47,458 nt of DNA from Hyphochytrium catenoides (lineage: Eukaryota > Protista > Hyphochytriomycota), in the NCBI GenBank assembly GCA_900088475.1, contig FLMG01004506.1:1-47458 (forward strand), given 5' to 3'. The position numbers and the translations under genes were made by a program. Within the stretch, counting starts at the first letter, position 1; every line of letters starts with the position of its first letter. Below the pieces are notes generated by a model. The model did not search any database, was not told the origin of the DNA, and worked only from the letters and a program-made list of their open reading frames with translations. Positions 1-12,032 of this stretch are shown in pieces.

Positions 1-999
1 CTGGGGGCAGCTCTAGGGGCTCCTGGCCGTTTGGGTTCCGCTAACTTTATGTGCAGAGGAAAAGTAGAGGAGTTTTGAATCCTCTAAATTTGGCGGGAGG
101 CGCAATGATTTTTTACTCCTACAGTACAAGCCTATTCCATACATTTATTTAGCTCTCGTACAGTTGTATGAAGGACTGTGCTGCCCACTTTGTAGTTCGT
201 TCATCGGCAACCTGTTTCATCATATGTACAGTTTGACAGTAAATACTACAACTACACGATTAGTCATGGGTTATCATTTGCAGAGGTTAGGTTATCATAG
301 GAATAACTGAAGGTCGATCCCTCTGTTTTTGGTACGAGATCAGCATCTTGTGTTCTTTCAACTGGAGGATGGGGGGATCTTTGGCTTTTGGTGTAGAACT
401 AAAGGTGTATTTAGGTAGAACTCAAGGAGAACTGATCTCCCTCTCAAGTCCCTCGAGGTTCTTTACTCTGTACTATACAGTTCAGTGTCGTACTTCTGTA
501 GTTGCCTCCGGTTCTCATCCATGATTTGGAATACGTAATGCAAGAACAAGGAAATGATCGACAGTACCCAGTACTGTACAGGTTTAGAGAATCCAAGATA
601 CTGTACTCGTAGAACCATCAAGGAGAGGAGAGAGGTGAGCAAGGGAAGAGAGAGTGTGAAGGCTTATGTTCTTCGCCAAGATCTCTATATTCGCAGCTGT
701 ATGTGCACGGATCTCAGCAGCAGCTTGCTTTACAGGACCTCTTTATAAAGAGAATGGGGAGGACAGCAATCCGACAGCCCACAAGTAGTCGTGGAGTCTC
801 TTCAGTTGAAGGAAAGTCATTGGGCCGGTGATGAGAAACCCTAGTGATCGGCTGCCATAGACTGTTATCGACCAATCAAGGGCTACCTTCACTTTTACTT
901 TAACCACGAACGTTGCAACTACTTGCTCAAGCAATCCTGTAGACAGCCATAGCCCTGAACCACCACCATTGACGGAATATCCCATTAGATTCACTCCCG

Positions 1000-2171
1000 A
1001 TGTTGCTCCTAAACTGGCTACTGTTGGGCCTGCTGACGGCCGAAGGCGTCATATGTGTCATTCTCATATTGCCGTTTGGAGGCGTCACAATCAAAAACAC
1101 TATCCAGGCCCTTGATGATGCCCTTCGCCCAGTTCGCGTATATATCAACACAGTTCGGTAAGTAGATTCTCCTTGCGATTGCCCAATATCATCCTAAGGT
1201 TTCACTCACGATCTACTGAACCGTGCCACACCCCATCCCATTCGTATAGGAATGTTCTCCTTGCGATGATTGTCCTGGTCTTTGCAAGTAAGAGGACTGG
1301 TATTGCCCAACCTGCATTCACCTAGAATAACATATCTCTCTCAGGCAATTTACAGACTACATGGAAGTTCACCTATGGTGACGACGGGAGTTCAGCTCTA
1401 AGCGACGGAATGAGGCTACGTTTATTGCTTTCACAACGAGATGTATACTTCTCTGGAGCAGCTCTTTTTCTCTTCATGTCAGTAGTACAGCAATCCCTTC
1501 TTCAGAAATAGCGCCACACTCAAGGAAAATGCTCAAAATGTGGCAGGCTCTTGCAACTAATCTACGCCCATCTAAAGGACAATGTCAGGCTGCAAAAGAG
1601 CCTTGAGGCTATGACTAAACAAGCTCAAAGTGCAGCGGACGGTTACAAGGCTATGCTAGCTGATTCAGAAAGATTGACTGCGGAGAACAAGAAAATGAAG
1701 GTTGGACCTAAACTAAACATACAGTTCTCCACCCACTAAGCTCAATCTGGTGCGCTGCACAGGAGGTGATCGGCGAGGGTGAAGGCGAGAAAGCTCTCCA
1801 AACACTTCTTGACAACAGCCGGGAGCTAGAGAACAAAGTTCAGGAGCAAGAAAAAGCATTGAAGCGGAAAGATGATGAGGTATGACTTGAAACTTGTACT
1901 GCTAATAAGCACATCGCCCTCTAACAGTTTACCCCGTCGGTAGATTGAACAGATAAAAAAGCAATCTCAATCTCAAGGTGATGCCTTCAAAATGATGGTC
2001 GATGACAGGGAGGCTATGGCAAAGAAGGTGGACTCACTTAATGCTATGAAAGAAAGCCTTGAAAAGGAACAGCATAAGAGTGCAGAACTTCAAAAGGAAG
2101 CCGCGGCGTTGAAGAAGCAATTGGAAGACTACGAGTTCATGTTTGCTGATGAGCTAAAGAAGAAAAAGTAG
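1000..2171 (+). CDS. BAP31: B-cell receptor-associated protein 31/29 family ER membrane protein (spliced, about 6 exons)
   Basis: Spliced translation MLLLNWLLLGLLTAEGVICVILILPFGG...LLLSQRDVYFSGAALFLF (cf. BAP31 'AQRNLYISGFSLFL'). Three hydrophobic segments, then a coiled coil, and a C-terminal ...ELKKKK* di-lysine ER-retrieval signal. GT-AG introns, e.g. 1158-1249. Confidence 0.88.
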
Positions 2172-3366
2172 GGCACCTTGCGATATAGAAGCAGTCGTCT
2201 TCAGCTTCCAATCTATTCTTTACAATGTTGTTTATTTTGATAATTATCATGGAGCTAGAAAGGAACTGGTTCCAAACTTCAATCATCTCAGAAAGGACCG
2301 GCACTTCGGATGGGGTGATTGTACTCGTATAATGGGGAGAGATTAGATCACTAACAGATTGTGGAGCACCACGTACTCTGACTGTGAGGCTGGTGGCCAC
2401 AGTAACATAGAGTGTTAGCGAGAACCCAGAACAGATAACCCTAGGACAGGGCCGTTATCTATCCCTTGTAAGTTGCGCGTTTGTAGGCCTAGAGCGTTCT
2501 ATCGAATGGTAATGAGGCCACATAACATGTAATACTCACTGAAACACAACCTTTTCGTGAAGTCATCTCCTTAGCGTAGTAGCCAAGCTCATCAAATGAT
2601 GATGGCTGATGGCAAAGCATCTTCACATCGTCCGACATTGTCATCACCAGCCCTTGCTCGCTTGTTTCGCAAACCTCTTCCAGGCTGCTGTACGGGTAGA
2701 AATACTACTATCGCAGCAGAGTAGGGTAGTAGGGAAACCTGCAGCAATCGAAACAGACCACTATTGAAAGAACAACCTTGTCCGTCGTAGACTGCTTCAG
2801 AAGCTGCTGCAGACTTCAGACTTCTTGCTCCTTCTGAATGCATTCTGGAGCTTCTTCGCCGCCCTTCGCCCCTCCCTCGAGGTTCCTAGTTCCTAGTCCA
2901 AGACATCGCAGATTTGGAGCAACCAAGCTGGCACCAGTTGCTATTCAGAACATGAGAAAGCTAATTCCGGATAGACTATCCGTTCATCCCGGATATCGTA
3001 ATGCCTTAACGAATCGGACTTTTAATGAGCTATCATTAGTTTCCTGACAGAGGTTACTCCGAGATTAGAAAGACCTATCGGACATACTACTAATTTGATA
3101 GACAGACTGAGAAGAGCTGTCAGCTGGAGATACCATATTATATGTCCGTTGTATGGTGAGAATTCGACCAGGTTCAGAGCCAGTCTTTGGTCCACACTTC
3201 CTAGGAAGCAATTGGGGGATAGAGCTCAAGAATTGTCAGCCTGTCTGCAGACAATCCAGACAGAGCTTTATAGATTTCATCGATCACGAGCCTATCGGCA
3301 GAAGACTGCGAGCTCATTGTACTTCAAAGCCAACTAGACTGTACATCTAAACTAAAATTAGGCAAG

Positions 3367-3807
3367 ATGAACCGCTTTGCAGTACCTCTCAAGACTCTCG
3401 CTAGGAGCTCCTTCACTAGAGCCGCAGTTCCTAGGCAGACAGCGCTGAGTGCTTTTGGGTCTCAAAGATTCTTTGCTTCAGCTGGTGCACTTGACCGGAA
3501 AGGTAGGAGCGACAGGATGAATGTGTGAGGCCGTTATATCACCCCTGATGGTGTTCGTCCCTTCTCTTCAGAGGTTACCGACCGCGTTCTCACAGTTCTG
3601 AAGAACTTTGAGAAGGTAGACCCAGCAAAGGTCACTCCTACGTCACACTTCATCAATGACCTTGGCTTGGACTCTCTGGACGCTGTGGAGATCGTCATGG
3701 CTTTTGAGGAGGAGTTTGTAATAGAGATTCCTGATGCTGAAGCTGAGAAGATTCAGTCTACAAAAGACGCCATTGAGTTTATAGCCTCGCACCCACAGGC
3801 TAAGTAA
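3367..3807 (+). CDS. NDUFAB1: Mitochondrial acyl carrier protein (complex I subunit / mtFAS ACP), 2 exons
   Basis: Arg/Ser/Ala-rich presequence MNRFAVPLKTLARSS..., then EVTDRVLTVLKNFEKVDPAKVTPTSHFINDLGLDSLDAVEIVMAFEEEFVIEIPDAEAEKI...HPQAK*, with the phosphopantetheine DSL motif. Confidence 0.96.
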
Positions 3808-4056
3808 GCAGCATGAATAATATAGGTAAGCTCTTAGACATCTTATGCGAGCCTATTCTTCTGTAGTAAACGAACTCTTGATGATAGGGAGTGGAGTGCC
3901 GACACTGAGAAGCACTAGTAGAAACGAAGGTAAAGGGCAATATGCCCCTCTAATAACAGATTCACAAAAATAGCCATTTCTGTTCCAGCAAACTCCTATC
4001 AATCTTAGTAATAGTGTTAGGGTGATCGGGTAGTCTGGAATCGTCTATGTATGCAG

Positions 4057-4598
4057 TCACTGGGATCCAGCGCTCTCTGCGAGTGTCTTGGCTTCCTGTA
4101 GGAGCTCATGCCCCTGAAGGTCCTCGTTGCCTTCATTGGCAGCCTACGACACATTGGAAGATTATTAGCGGATGGAGGGAGGAAAGATTTACTGTTCACT
4201 ATCCAACCAGAAAGTTTCTAAGGTCCTGAAGAGCCTTTTGGATACGTTGTCTGCAATCAGGCAGCATGACTTCTGTCTCCTCTAGCACTTCTCTCTGCAG
4301 AAGGTAGAGGTTCAGAGCTTAACATAATGCCGCTCTGTGTAGTTCCCAAATAAGATTGACCTGCTTCTTGATACTGCTCTCGTCCGCCTTGTCATCTATT
4401 AGCTTCTCTATGCGCTTGAGCTGTGCCGCTTTCTCCTTTTCGTAGAAGCTCAAATCCTTCAGAGATCTGGCACAGATCAAGGTCAATCACCACAAAGGAG
4501 AATCCACTTAAGCCCTAAATAAAGCACCTTTTGTAAACATTAAGAACTACTCTTAGATCCTTCAAAGTCGCTGCTGATGTGCCTTTAGAGGTGGCCAT
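4057..4598 (-). CDS. TBCA: Tubulin-specific chaperone A (tubulin folding cofactor A), 4 exons
   Basis: Spliced translation MATSKGTSAATLKDLRVVLNVYKR|SLKDLSFYEKEKAAQLKRIEKL...SIKKQ|REVLEETEVMLPDCRQRIQKAL.. matches the TBCA pattern 'KE..YEKE...IKKQ.E.L.E...MIPDC..RL'. Confidence 0.9.
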
Positions 4599-4929
4599 TT
4601 TAAAATCTTACTACGCGTGGGTAAGCTAGAACCGCGTCCCTGGATGCCAAATCACCTCTTATGTGAGCGCACGTCTTGTGGCTCACTAAAGAAGAAGAAC
4701 AGAGGCAGCTAAGCTTAGGGTAAATAAACCTCAGTAACTGATCCCAAGCAGAACAAAGCAGGGCAATGCAACTCAAGTTGCAAGCCGAGGACAATGACAG
4801 GCCAAGAACGAGTAGTGACAGCTTCTTCATACAGGTACAAGTCCATCCATCATCTTCCTATGATGACCACAGCAACAAGGAGACAACCACGATTAATCTT
4901 CACAAAAGCTACGAGTCTTCTTCCAGCGC

Positions 4930-5325
4930 CTAGTAGCGGTTACCGTCCCTGAAGGAGCCGTTTGGGGAAGGAAGAATTTGAATTGAACGCTGTAGAAGGG
5001 AAGGGTAGTGGTTCTGTGTTGCACCGGCAGGAGCATACTATTAGCTACCCTCTACTTTAAATGACGGCTTTGGGTGATCCTCGTGCTCTTATTATGTGTG
5101 TCTCATTGTTTTCTGCTTTCGCAATAGGACGCGCTCCGCCTGATAGAGATCCAGAGCTGCAGATTGCTGAGGTGAGAGAGATTATTGAGATCAGCGGTAC
5201 GGGCTTACACGTTTGAAATTCATTCTCTCGTATGCCCAGTGCCTCTTTTCAGAGATTATCTGGGTGCTAGTTGTAGCTTAAGTGCTACTTGGCTTCGCAA
5301 CAAGGCCCGACAGGTTTGAAAGTTT
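4930..5325 (+). promoter_or_regulatory. Divergent TBCA/TPX2 promoter and TPX2 leader with candidate MYB/MSA-like and CHR elements
   Basis: GCCGTTTGGG at 4957-4966 (AACGG core on the minus strand), TTTGAA at 4977, 5212 and 5315, TTTAAA at 5056. Function is inferred from the animal and plant consensus only. Confidence 0.4.
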
Positions 5326-5390
5326 TCTAGGAGTGACAGAGGGAACTAGGAAAGATAACTCTTCTCCTGCGCTGTAGGTAAGCTCTTGCC

Positions 5391-8300
5391 ATGGAGTTTG
5401 GGTTAAGTACGAACGTAGCGGAGGACCCCGCCTGGGACATTGCGGCACCTCAGTTTCATGACTTCATGGCAGAGGAAGCTGACTTGGCGTTTGTAGATAA
5501 CTCTGACGGCTTTTTCGGTAAGCATATGACACTGTCTGGTCACAGAAGCTATGGGATAAATGAGCTCTTTTACTTCTTAGGTGAGCAGAGACGAAGTTCA
5601 GCTTATGAGCTGAAGCGCTCACCAAAGGAGCGACGCTCTCCGGGTTCTTCTTCCCAGGAGGAAGTCAGAGAAACTACTATCATCGACCATTCGGTTGATG
5701 ACGGGCCCTTCAAAAACAAACTCTTCTCCTCTCCCTCTACCTCCTTGAAGGACAAAAACCAAAGCCCAACGGAAGATCTTACTCCCCGGAGAAGACCTCT
5801 AGCCGATATGAACCTTAACAGCTTGCTGACGCAGGACGAAGCTAGCCCGAATGAAGTCAGGCCTCTTGGGGTCCCGCCAGCAGCTTGTGACCTACCCTTG
5901 GGCCCCCAAAGTGGTGGGCGGGAGCAGCAGACAAAAGAGAGGTCGGAAGCTAGGAATTATTCACTGGAGAGAGGCCGCCGCTTGACGCGAGATACTGCGG
6001 GTTCTTCTCTGCGCACGGCGAGGCGATCTGCTTCTCCTTCAAGTCGTCTTCTCCAGCCAACCCAGGCTTTTGCTGCCAAAGCTTCTGTGCGGAGCCGAAG
6101 CCACAGTCCTTCTGGCAGAAGCAGCCAACAGGCAGCCCACAAGCTAACAATTCCTCACAGTCCGGTTCTGCGCACTTCCTCTCGAGAAGTGATCCGAGAC
6201 TTTCAGCCTAAACTGAGCACAACTTCAAGAGAGCTTCTAGAGATTAAATCTCACCTCGAAAAGGTGAAGCAAGAGAGAAAGAGAGCTGATGCCTTACGCC
6301 AGCAGGCACAACTGGGGATCCGCGGTTTGAGCACCGTCGCTCGCTCCACGAAGCCACTGACCCTGCCGCACGAACCAATTCTGCGTACTACCATGCGTTC
6401 CAAACATTGTGAGAGCAGCGTTCCCGCCCCCAAAGTAAGTCCTTCAATAAAGAGTAGAGGTTTGTAGGTTTCCTGTGGAATGAGGACTCATCTTCTATGG
6501 TATCAATTGCCATGTTCCTAGACTCATGCTCCTCTGCCAGTTGAGAAGCTGATCGGAAGGTCCACCAGGACAGAGCCCCTGCCCGCAGCAACCAATCCTG
6601 TCTTAACGAACCCTAAGCCATTCACTCTAGTAAGTGATCTGCGTGCTCGCCAGCGGACAATGGTCAACCACAACCGCATCGCCAACGAAAGCCGGGAACC
6701 GTTGACCCCCCTCGCAGAGAAGGTAACTACCCGTCCCGCTCTATGAAGATAATGTCTGCAGGTCTGTAGGCATGCCGCCCGCTGCCCCTCTAAACCCCTT
6801 CTGCGCTGGTAGGTCATGAAATTCCAGAACAAGACCCCCCAACGGTTCCATACCAAGCCCAAAACGAATCCAAGCATCACACCTCCACAGCCTTTCGTCC
6901 CAAAACTGACTGAGCCTGAGTCTCCTAACTTACATAAGCCCATGCCACGGCCAAAACACTTTTTGTCAAAGGAGGAAGAAGAGGAACGGCTTATGGCCGA
7001 GATCAAGCCCTTCAAGGCTCGTCCTGTCTCCCACAAGGTCAGTCCTCCTACCCTCGCTCCCACCACCTACGCTGATCTTTATACGCCCCAGCAACGATAT
7101 CTATGTGTTCCCGTGGTGTCTTTTTTCCATTCTCCATAAACTACCTCAGCGGTGAGTTGATGCTACAGCTGTATCCTTTACTTAAACATGCTCTTTTGGG
7201 TTCAGGTCCTACACAGCGCTGGAGATCTTGGGGTACCGAAGGTGGAGAAGCCCAAGCCAACTGAAGCCCAACCCTTCAACTTCAAGACCGAGCAAAGAGC
7301 GAAGCTGCATCCCACTCTCCTGGAAGCAGAAATCCTGGAAGCAGAAATCCAAGAGGTAAATCCAGCTCCTCCGTCACACCAGAACCATACTAATGGCCCT
7401 CGAGGCATCACTGTGGTAAGATAATCTGCATTTGCTGTTTCTGTTAATTTATTTGTCTCACTTTCTCGAACTACTTTGCCGTGCACTACCTAGCCTCAAT
7501 CGCCAGCGTTGCAGACCAAGATGCGATCCTCAGTTCGTCCGCCCTTAGTTCATGAGGATGCAGTGGCTTCCTCACAATTCAGAGCCAGACCCGCTCCAAA
7601 AATTCAGGTACGATGTGCTCTGATTGATCATGGGCATAGGTGCAAAGAAGGATATCGAGGAGTAAAAATAAGGGCACTACAGGCTAGACAGGTTTGGCTC
7701 GTCTGAAGGGGGACAACCGTGCAAAAAGGAAAGCTGATGGTAGTGAGATATAAACGAGACCCCTTGGACATTTGGTTCACAAGTTTGTATCCCTCTTTGT
7801 CTTAAGCCTCCAAGGCCTCCTCAGTCAAGCTATTCCAAGGAGCTAGTCATTCCGGAGTCGCCCCAGCTTCAAAGCCTGCAGCGTCACAAGCTATATAAGC
7901 AGCGTTTCGACGAGAAGGTGAAGAGTCTCTTATGATAGCACCAAGTTTTCATGGTCTTGGCTCAACGACAAGAGCAAAAGGACTGCGTTACTGATGACTA
8001 AGCTTCTCTTAATTCTCAGGTTGCTATGGATATGAAGCTTGAGCAGGACCAGAGATGCTTCAAGGCTCAGCCTATGCGAATCGTTGAGCCCATGGTACCG
8101 AAACCTTCCGAAAGAGAATTGACTGAGGTCGAACCTTTCAACATTATCAGTGAAAAACGTCACCAGATGGCCAAGGTACAAGTCCGATCAATGGCGTAAA
8201 AGTTAGAGTGTCCTGTTGATCTCTATAAAGTTTTGGTCCCCCAAACGCCCCATCAGCCTGCCTAAGATGCTCATGGTCATACCGTTATGCGCATGGTGTC

Positions 8301-9030
8301 AATAGGCCAAATTGGACGCTCAAATTCAAGCAGAACTTGAGAAGCAGCGCCAGGATGCCGTACCGAAGGCTCGACCTATGTTGGATGTAGCTAAAGTCTT
8401 CGTTCCCAGAAAAAGCACGAAGCCTCTCACCGAAGTCCAGCCTATAGTGCTGGCCAGTGACTTGCAGTCCGAGCATCGACAAGAGTTTGAAGAGGCGAAA
8501 GAGAAAAGAAGACGAGAAGCGGAGGAGGCAAGAAGGAGGGAGCAGGAGGCCAAACAGGCAAGTACTATTTACTACTTCGTCAGTATCTGGAAGCAACGGC
8601 CGCCCTGAACTAAAGCCGCTTCCATCTCTGCCATTTCTGTCTCGTATGCATGTTTGCTCGGTAGCCTCTATCCATCAATTGTTAATCTGTTCACAGTCTT
8701 TTATCCCCACCAGTACTTCTCTCATTTAGAAGTGTTTGAAGAATGATCGCTATCCGAACCACTCTATACGTCGTTGTCAATACTCAGCACTAATATGCGT
8801 CAAACCCTTTTCCTCTTCACGGTATCTCAACGCTTCGCTAGCGGGCTGAGGAGGAGGAAATCCAACGATTGAGGCGCGAAGAGTTGGTGTTCAGGGCTCA
8901 GCCGATTCGCTGGGAGACTCAAGCCAGCCTCCCGAGGCCTGAGCCTCGGGAACTCACTATCCCTGAAAGCCCAGCCCTAATAACTAAGCAACGCTCTATT
9001 ATGCGGGGTGGATACTCCGAAGCTGCTTAG
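5391..9030 (+). CDS. TPX2: Targeting protein for Xklp2 (TPX2), spindle assembly factor, multi-exon
   Basis: N-terminal WDIAAPQFHDF...DGFF (Aurora-binding-like). Repeated LT.P.SP/EP and FKARP motifs. C-terminal exon RAEEEEIQRLRREELVFRAQPIR...PRELTIPESPAL, typical of the TPX2 domain. Stop TAG at 9028-9030. Confidence 0.9.
7319..7348 (+). repeat. Perfect 15-nt tandem duplication in a TPX2 exon (LEAEI x2)
   Basis: cctggaagcagaaat repeated twice, in frame. Confidence 0.9.
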
Positions 9031-9252
9031 GACGGCATACACGCCAATGTAATCTAGTCAGGGAAAACTGCAGATCCGCTAAGGTTCTGCGCTGTCTTGT
9101 TGGAGAAATGTGTCCATGCATGGGTTCAGGTAGCAGATTAAAGAAGCGAGTCATTGCTCCCACCAATAGGAATGTTATTCGTCTCGTAGGGTTATAATAA
9201 CAAGCAATGGTCTTTTTCTTTTCTCACTTCTGTACGTGCCCAATATCACTGC

Positions 9253-10696
<1,444 letters not shown>

Positions 10697-11084
10697 ACTG
10701 CCGTTGCCCCAGGAGCTAGGTTGCACGACAATAGGTAAGCGATGTGCTACAAGTAGCGTCTGAAGATGACAACGAAATCGATAGAGCAGAAGGGAGCAGA
10801 GGGTGAGGCAAAATAGAAACTAACGGCGTTATAACGATGGAGATCGCGACGGCCCCTTAGTAACTAAGGCTTACTGTTCTGTCTCGCTGCCCTCCTCAGC
10901 GCCAGGTAATCTCCTGCTTTAAACTCACTTAGGAACTCGTTCTTCTCCCTTCAAGAGGGTCGCAGATGCCAGTCTGATGGGCGTTGAAGCAGACAAAGCT
11001 GGAACTGGTTAACGAAGATGCAAAAGTCTTCAGAGTGCAATGGCATGGGAAACAGATGAAGATTGCGCAAGATTATTGAGAAAC

Positions 11085-11285
11085 CGAAGACAGAGAGAAC
11101 AGAGAGAAAAAGAAGAGAGAGAGAGAGAGACAGATAGACAGACCGATCGATCGAGAGAGAGAGAGAGAACACAGAGCAGGACAGACATATGAGTTCTCAC
11201 AGAGAATATGGGAGACAGAGATCGATGAGATAGGGCAAGATAGGTGGAGATCACCAGAGAGAGACAAAGAGAAAGAGAGAGAAAC
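11085..11285. repeat. GA-rich low-complexity / (GA)n microsatellite upstream of Rab11 (CT-rich on the Rab11 strand, probably 5' leader)
   Basis: Runs of gagagaga with interspersed gaca/gatc. The overlapping Leu/Ser ORFs are artefacts. Confidence 0.9.
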
Positions 11286-12032
11286 ACTGTCAGACAACGG
11301 TCTGATACAGCATTTCGTATAACCACTGGCTTTATTCCGGACCTCTCAACCTAGACACCTCGAGACATCCCATCTTCGGAATCCAAGCTGGGCCTCAATA
11401 GCAGAAGTACCAAAAAGTGGTGCGTTTACATCTACAGAAGCAAGGTGGGTAGGCCGCGCGTTCCTAGAATATTCGGGAAATGAATCCGTTATTGGTTGTT
11501 TGTCTCTTTCACTTCCACGCTCGCGCCTCTGATGGCCGCGCCTCCGCCCACCGCACTCACCGACCAGCGGCAGTCCAACGCCCGCAGTACCAGCAGCGGC
11601 ACTGTCGGCAGCCAAACTCCACAGAGAGATTATAGGACGTTAGGAAGCCCTGTTAGCCAGGATCTTCGTCTGTGGCGGTCTATTGCAGAGGATGAGGGGC
11701 AAACAGGGGAATGGAGATGGAGATATCAGGACATAATTGCGGCGCTGGGGTCAATAGTAGTCCAGCCATGCGTATGTCGTGCTTCTTTACTGGTACGAGA
11801 TTATTAGTCTGAGATCATGAACGTTTGAGTTCTCTTCAATGATAAACAACGACCAAGTGTTGCACGGTGCGCCTGTAACGAGGATGCTGTGGATTCTTAT
11901 GGCCATATCTCTGCGCTCCTGCTTACACTTACACATGTTCTTTCTCTGAGGCTCGGCCATGGTACTAACCGCTATTAAATACACGAGGACACTTCACACT
12001 TCCGTCCTTTGTAGCCAGGCCTTAGTGCCGTA

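Noticed and set aside
4855-4957. Possible C/D-box snoRNA (ATGATGA at 4860 ... CTGA at 4949 with a short terminal stem)
   Set aside because: No recognisable C'/D' pair and no rRNA/snRNA-complementary guide that I can identify. It lies in a promoter and is compatible with chance.
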